Source: Deltaproteobacteria bacterium
GTDB lineage: Bacteria; Myxococcota_A; UBA9160; SMWR01
Direction: 5' to 3'
DNA length: 19,995 nucleotides
Assembly: GCA_032128115.1 (NCBI GenBank)
Contig: JAQBHB010000113.1
Location: 1 to 19,995, forward strand
The first letter of the stretch is position 1, and every line of letters starts with the position of its first letter. This document shows, piece by piece, positions 15,971 to 19,995 of the stretch. Both the position numbers and the translations under genes were made by a program. Under the pieces are notes generated by a model that saw only the letters and a program-made list of their open reading frames with translations, was not told the origin of the DNA and made no database searches.

Positions 15971-17427
15971 CGTTTGAGCTCGCCGGCGCGGAGGCGTTGC
16001 ATGTAGCGGTCCAGGTCGGCCTTCAGCTTGCCCGAGAGCAGCGTCACGCCCACCAGATTCGGGAACGCCATGCCCAGGATCATCATGTCGCCGAAGTTGA
16101 TCACCGCGCTGGCGTCGAAGATGGCGCCCAGCCAGGCGAAGATCAGGAAGGCCGTCTTGTAGACCCAGATCGAGCGCACCCCGAACAGGTGGGCCCAGCA
16201 CTGCTCGCCGTAGTAGCTCCAGGAGATCATGGTGCTGAAGGCGAACAGCAGGGCCGTGACGGAAAGCACGATCGGAAACCACGGAAACACGGTGGCAAAT
16301 GCCCATGAGGTCATGGCGATTCCGGTGCCCGCCTCGGGCGACTCGTGGGCGCCCGTCACCACGAGCACCAGGCCGGTCATGGTGCACACGATCAGCGTGT
16401 CGATGAAGGGCTCGAGCAGGGCGACCATGCCCTCGCGCACGGGCTCATCGGTGATCGCCGCCGAGTGCACGATGGCCGCCGAGCCGGTGCCGGCTTCGTT
16501 GCTGAAGGCGGCTCGGCGAAAGCCCTGGATCAGCACCCCGACGAAGCCTCCGGCGCCCGCGTCCCAGCTGAAGGCCGCGCTCACGATGGCGCCGATTCCC
16601 GGCAGGAACCCGCTGGCGTGGGTGATCAGGATCCAGAAGCCCGACAACAGGTAGATCACGCACATGAGCGGTACCAGGCGCGCGGCCACCTCGCCGATGC
16701 GCTTGATGCCCCCGACGATCACCAGACCCACGAGCGCCGTGAGGACCAACCCGAACAGCATGGCGCCCTCGGTATTGGCCAGGATCGGCAGGACCGTGGT
16801 CGACGAGATCTGGGCGTAGGCCTGGTTCGACTGGAACATGTTGCCGCCGCCGAAGCTGCCGCCGATGCACATGAGTGCGAACAGCACGGCCAGGACCGGA
16901 CCCAGGCGCTTGAATCCCAGCTCCGAAAGGCCGTCGCGCAGGTAGTGCATGGGGCCGCCTGAAACGTGACCGTCCTCGCGAATCACCCGGTAGCGCTGGG
17001 CCAGGGTGACCTCGGCGAACTTGGAGCTCATTCCCAGGAACCCGGCGACGATCATCCAGAACACCGCGCCGGGCCCGCCGATCCCGACGGCCACGGCTAC
17101 GCCCGCGATGTTGCCGAGCCCCACGGTGGCCGAGAGCGCGGCAGACAGGGCCTGGAAGTGCGTGATCTCGCCGGTCTCGTCCGGTGCGGTGTAGCGGCCC
17201 TGCACGCAGTCGATGGCGTGGCGGAAACCGCGGAAGTTGATGAACTGGAACCTCAACGTGAAGTACAAGGCGCCCAGGATCAGCCACAGCACCACCAGCG
17301 GGACCTGGATGGCGTTGCCGGAGGCGTTGTCCCAGAAAGCGATGTCGAAGAAGATGACCTTCTCGAGCGGACTCACGAGATAGGTGGTGAAGATCGACTC
17401 GAGCGCGGCGAGGAAGCGGCCTTCCAC
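15961..17427 (-). CDS. Alanine/glycine:cation symporter (AGCS; AlsT/AgcS family)
   Basis: Motifs GEITHFQALSAALSATVGLGNIAGVA, GGPGAVFWM, GGPMHYL, GNMFQSNQ, GGIKRIG, RRAAFSNEAGTGS, EPFIDTLIVCTMT, FAFSTMISWSYYGE. GTG 17427 follows AGGGGGA. Confidence 0.95.
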   Translation of the reverse strand: MEGRFLAALESIFTTYLVSPLEKVIFFDIAFWDNASGNAIQVPLVVLWLILGALYFTLRFQFINFRGFRHAIDCVQGRYTAPDETGEITHFQALSAALSATVGLGNIAGVAVAVGIGGPGAVFWMIVAGFLGMSSKFAEVTLAQRYRVIREDGHVSGGPMHYLRDGLSELGFKRLGPVLAVLFALMCIGGSFGGGNMFQSNQAYAQISSTTVLPILANTEGAMLFGLVLTALVGLVIVGGIKRIGEVAARLVPLMCVIYLLSGFWILITHASGFLPGIGAIVSAAFSWDAGAGGFVGVLIQGFRRAAFSNEAGTGSAAIVHSAAITDEPVREGMVALLEPFIDTLIVCTMTGLVLVVTGAHESPEAGTGIAMTSWAFATVFPWFPIVLSVTALLFAFSTMISWSYYGEQCWAHLFGVRSIWVYKTAFLIFAWLGAIFDASAVINFGDMMILGMAFPNLVGVTLLSGKLKADLDRYMQRLRAGELKRYS

Positions 17428-17492
17428 GGGATTCCCCCTGGCAGTCCTTTGCGCGGGGGGGCGCCTGGTGTGGCTTCGGACACCGGGACGGA

Positions 17493-17499
17493 TAGCATA
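17493..17499. promoter_or_regulatory. Putative overlapping bidirectional -10 element (TAGCATA)
   Basis: TAGCAT on + (17493-17498) and TATGCT on - (17499..17494), inside the 82-bp divergent spacer. Confidence 0.4.
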
Positions 17500-17509
17500 A
17501 GCGATTCCC

Positions 17510-19693
17510 ATGGCCCGCCCCGTTCCCGAGTCCACCCGAATGCTTTCCGAACACGCATCGCTTGCGCTGTTGGCGGGCTACGGCGTAGTGGTCGCACGCG
17601 CCCTGGCGACGAAATCGGCCGACGACGCCGCGAGAGCCGCCGAGGAGCTGGGGCTGCCGGTGGCGGTGAAGCTCTGCGGGGAGGGCATCGCCCACAAAAC
17701 CGAACGCGACGGGGTGCGGCTGGGCCTGACCGGCGCCGACGCGGTGCGCGCCGCGGCTGCAGAGCTGCTTTCCCGGTGCAGACCCGAGGATGGCGAGGCG
17801 GGATTGCGGGTGGTCGAGATGGTGCGCGGCCACCGCGAGTTGATTGCGGGCCTGGTTCGCGATCCCCAGTTCGGGCCCTGCGTGATGCTCGGGCTGGGTG
17901 GTGTCCTGACCGAGGCCCTTGGCGACGTCGTATTCGCCGCGGCGCCGCTCTCGCAAGCGCAGGCGCGTGGCATGATCCGGGGTCTGCGCGCCAGCCACCT
18001 GATCACACGGCCCTTCCGCGGCGAGCCGGCGGTGGACGAGGAGGCGCTGGCCGCGGTGCTCGTGGGTCTGGGCCGGCTCGCAAAGGAGCGCCCGGAGATC
18101 GTGAGTGTCGACATCAATCCCCTGATCGTGCGGGATGGCGTGCCGGTGGCGGTGGACGGCCTGGTGGTGGAGGGGCCGGTCTCGGGTAGCGCGCCGCGCG
18201 CCGCGCGCGCGGTGCGCTCGGACGCGGACGTGCTCGCGCGCTTCCGCCCGCTCTTCCACCCGAACGGCATCGTCGTGGCCGGGGCCTCCACGCATCCGGG
18301 CAAGTTCGGCTTCGCTGCCCTGCACAACCTGAGGCGCTTCGGGTACGACGGCGAGATCTTCGGCGTGAACCGCGACGGTGCGCAGGTGCTGGGGCACGAC
18401 ACGCTGCGCGACGTGAGCGAGATCCCCGACGGTGCGGCCGACCTGGTATTCGTGTGCACGCCCAACCAGGTGAACGTGGATCTGTTGCGTGCATGCGCCG
18501 CGAAGGGGGTGCGCGCGGCCTTCGTGGCCAGCGGCGGCTACGGGGAAGCCGGCGACGAGGGCCGCGAGCGCGAACGCGAACTGGTGGGCGTGGCCGACGA
18601 GCTGGGCATGCTGCTGGCGGGGCCCAACGGGCAGGGCGTGATCTCGACCCCCCGCTCCATGTGCGCCCAGATCGTGGCGCCCTACCCGCCACCGGGCCGC
18701 ATCGCCGTGGCGAGCCAGAGCGGCAACCTGGTTTCCACCTTCCTGAACTACGCGGTGGAGTCCGGCATTGGCATCAGCAAGGCCATTTCGTGCGGCAACT
18801 CGGCACAGACCGGCCTGGCCGACTACCTGGAGTACTTCGCGGCCGACCCGGACACGGACGTGTTGCTGGCGTACCTGGAGGGCGTGAGCGACGGCGAGCA
18901 CTTCGTGCAGGCGTTGCGTGCCGCGGCGGCCCGCAAGCCCGTGGTGCTGGTGAAGGGCGGCGTGGCCGCCGAGGGAAAGCGCGCCGCCGAGAGCCACACC
19001 GGATCCCTGGCCAGCGACGATCGGATCTTCGACGGGGTGTGCCGCCAGCTGGGGGCACTGCGGGCGCCCACGGTGGAGGAGGCCTTCGAGTGGGCGGCCA
19101 CCCTGGCCACCCAGCCCCTGCCCGCCGGTCGGCGGGTGGTGGTATTCACCACGGCGGGTGGTTGGGGCGTGCTGGCCGCGGACGCCTGCGCCGAGGCCGG
19201 TCTCCAGCTGATTCCCCTGCCCGAGGAACTTCGGGCCGAGATCGACGCGCGTGTGCCAGCGCGCTGGAGCCGCAACAATCCCATCGACCTGGCGGGCGGC
19301 GAGACCCGCGACACGATCCCCGAGGTGCTGGATCTCGTATGCGCTCATCCGGAAGTGGACGCGGTGATCCACCTGGGCATCGGCATCCAGGCGGCCCAGG
19401 CCCAGGTGCTCAAGAGCGGTCCGTTCTATCCGGATCACGGTCTGGAGCGGATCGTGGCATTCCACGAGCGCCAGGATCGCCGTTACGCCAAGGCTGCGCG
19501 GGAAGCATCGGAGCGCCACGGCGTTCCCGTGCTGACCGCCACCGAGCTGGTGCACGCGGATCGTGCGTACGGCAACGCGGGGTCTCGGGGCGTTCGAGAA
19601 GAAGGGCGTCTGTGTTACGCCAGCGCCCACCGCGCCGTGCGCGCCCTGCGAGCCCTGGTGGACTACGCCGAGTTCCGACGCTCGCTCAACTGA
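17510..19693 (+). CDS. ADP-forming acyl-CoA synthetase (acetate-CoA ligase family) with an N-terminal ATP-grasp domain
   Basis: ATP-grasp motifs LSEHASLALL..YG, PVAVKL, IAHKTE..GV, DPQFGPCVMLGLGG, VDINPL. Then CoA-binding VVAGAS..GKFG, GPNGQG, SQSG, phospho-His SHTGSLA, NPIDL. Start 17510 or 17540. Confidence 0.93.
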   Translation: MARPVPESTRMLSEHASLALLAGYGVVVARALATKSADDAARAAEELGLPVAVKLCGEGIAHKTERDGVRLGLTGADAVRAAAAELLSRCRPEDGEAGLRVVEMVRGHRELIAGLVRDPQFGPCVMLGLGGVLTEALGDVVFAAAPLSQAQARGMIRGLRASHLITRPFRGEPAVDEEALAAVLVGLGRLAKERPEIVSVDINPLIVRDGVPVAVDGLVVEGPVSGSAPRAARAVRSDADVLARFRPLFHPNGIVVAGASTHPGKFGFAALHNLRRFGYDGEIFGVNRDGAQVLGHDTLRDVSEIPDGAADLVFVCTPNQVNVDLLRACAAKGVRAAFVASGGYGEAGDEGRERERELVGVADELGMLLAGPNGQGVISTPRSMCAQIVAPYPPPGRIAVASQSGNLVSTFLNYAVESGIGISKAISCGNSAQTGLADYLEYFAADPDTDVLLAYLEGVSDGEHFVQALRAAAARKPVVLVKGGVAAEGKRAAESHTGSLASDDRIFDGVCRQLGALRAPTVEEAFEWAATLATQPLPAGRRVVVFTTAGGWGVLAADACAEAGLQLIPLPEELRAEIDARVPARWSRNNPIDLAGGETRDTIPEVLDLVCAHPEVDAVIHLGIGIQAAQAQVLKSGPFYPDHGLERIVAFHERQDRRYAKAAREASERHGVPVLTATELVHADRAYGNAGSRGVREEGRLCYASAHRAVRALRALVDYAEFRRSLN

Positions 19694-19994
19694 AGATTGC
19701 CGGGTCCACGTCGACGCCCACGGGACAGTGATCGGAGCCCTGGACGTGGGGATGGAGGAAGGCGCCGCGCAGGTAGCCGGCGGCCGCGGGTGATGCCAGC
19801 ACGTAGTCGATGCGCCAGCCGATGTTCTTCTCGCGGACTCCGAAGCGTTGACTCCACCAGGTGTAGCGGTCCGGAGAGGCGTCGAAGTAGCGATAGGTGT
19901 CGGTCCAGCCTGCACCGATCCAGCGATCGAGCTCTGCGCGCTCCTCGGGTAGGAAGCCGCTCGTGCCACTGTTTTGTTTGGGGCGCGCGAGATC
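19686..19994 (-). CDS. xth: Exodeoxyribonuclease III / AP endonuclease, 3' end only (gene runs off the window; not in the ORF track)
   Basis: Manual translation: DLARPKQNSGTSGFLPEERAELDRWIGAGWTDTYRYF...YTWWSQRFGVREKNIGWRIDYVLAS...GSDHCPV...IFS*. Its 3' end overlaps that of the acyl-CoA ligase by 8 bp. Confidence 0.93.
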   Translation of the reverse strand, partial: DLARPKQNSGTSGFLPEERAELDRWIGAGWTDTYRYFDASPDRYTWWSQRFGVREKNIGWRIDYVLASPAAAGYLRGAFLHPHVQGSDHCPVGVDVDPAIFS

Positions 19995-19995
19995 G

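Noticed and set aside
17428..17509. Glycine riboswitch upstream of the AGCS symporter (CCGAAG and AAAGGAC fragments on the minus strand)
   Set aside because: The spacer is only 82 bp, and the GGAGA and CTCTCAGG core elements are missing.
16445..19969. 1174-aa minus-strand ORF
   Set aside because: Lies antisense to the acyl-CoA ligase and out of frame with the AGCS and xth genes, all of which have clear motifs; a shadow ORF.

Overview
High-GC bacterial DNA, probably chromosomal; the gene content suggests Myxococcota or a related deltaproteobacterial lineage (inference only). The window has two parts. (1) Positions ~11-4990 are an accessory patchwork. Two direct copies of a ~60-bp sequence resembling an IS91/ISCR rolling-circle oriIS end flank a 5'-truncated, frameshifted permease-USP remnant, a CPA2 cation/H+ antiporter fused to a PTS-IIA domain, and a membrane GGDEF cyclase. 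The right copy runs into a decayed IS91-family transposase. (2) Positions 5090-19995 are intact genes: an all-TPR lipoprotein, egtB with no adjacent egtD, an OYE/FadH-type flavin oxidoreductase, a perfect 28-bp inverted-repeat element, a DUF4404-like protein, dapL, an agpS-like FAD oxidoreductase, a coupled pentaheme plus monoheme cytochrome c pair, an AGCS alanine/glycine symporter, an ATP-grasp-first acyl-CoA ligase, and the 3' end of xth. The best leads are the IS91-end-bounded cargo block and the cytochrome pair. All family calls come from motifs recognised by eye; no searches were run.
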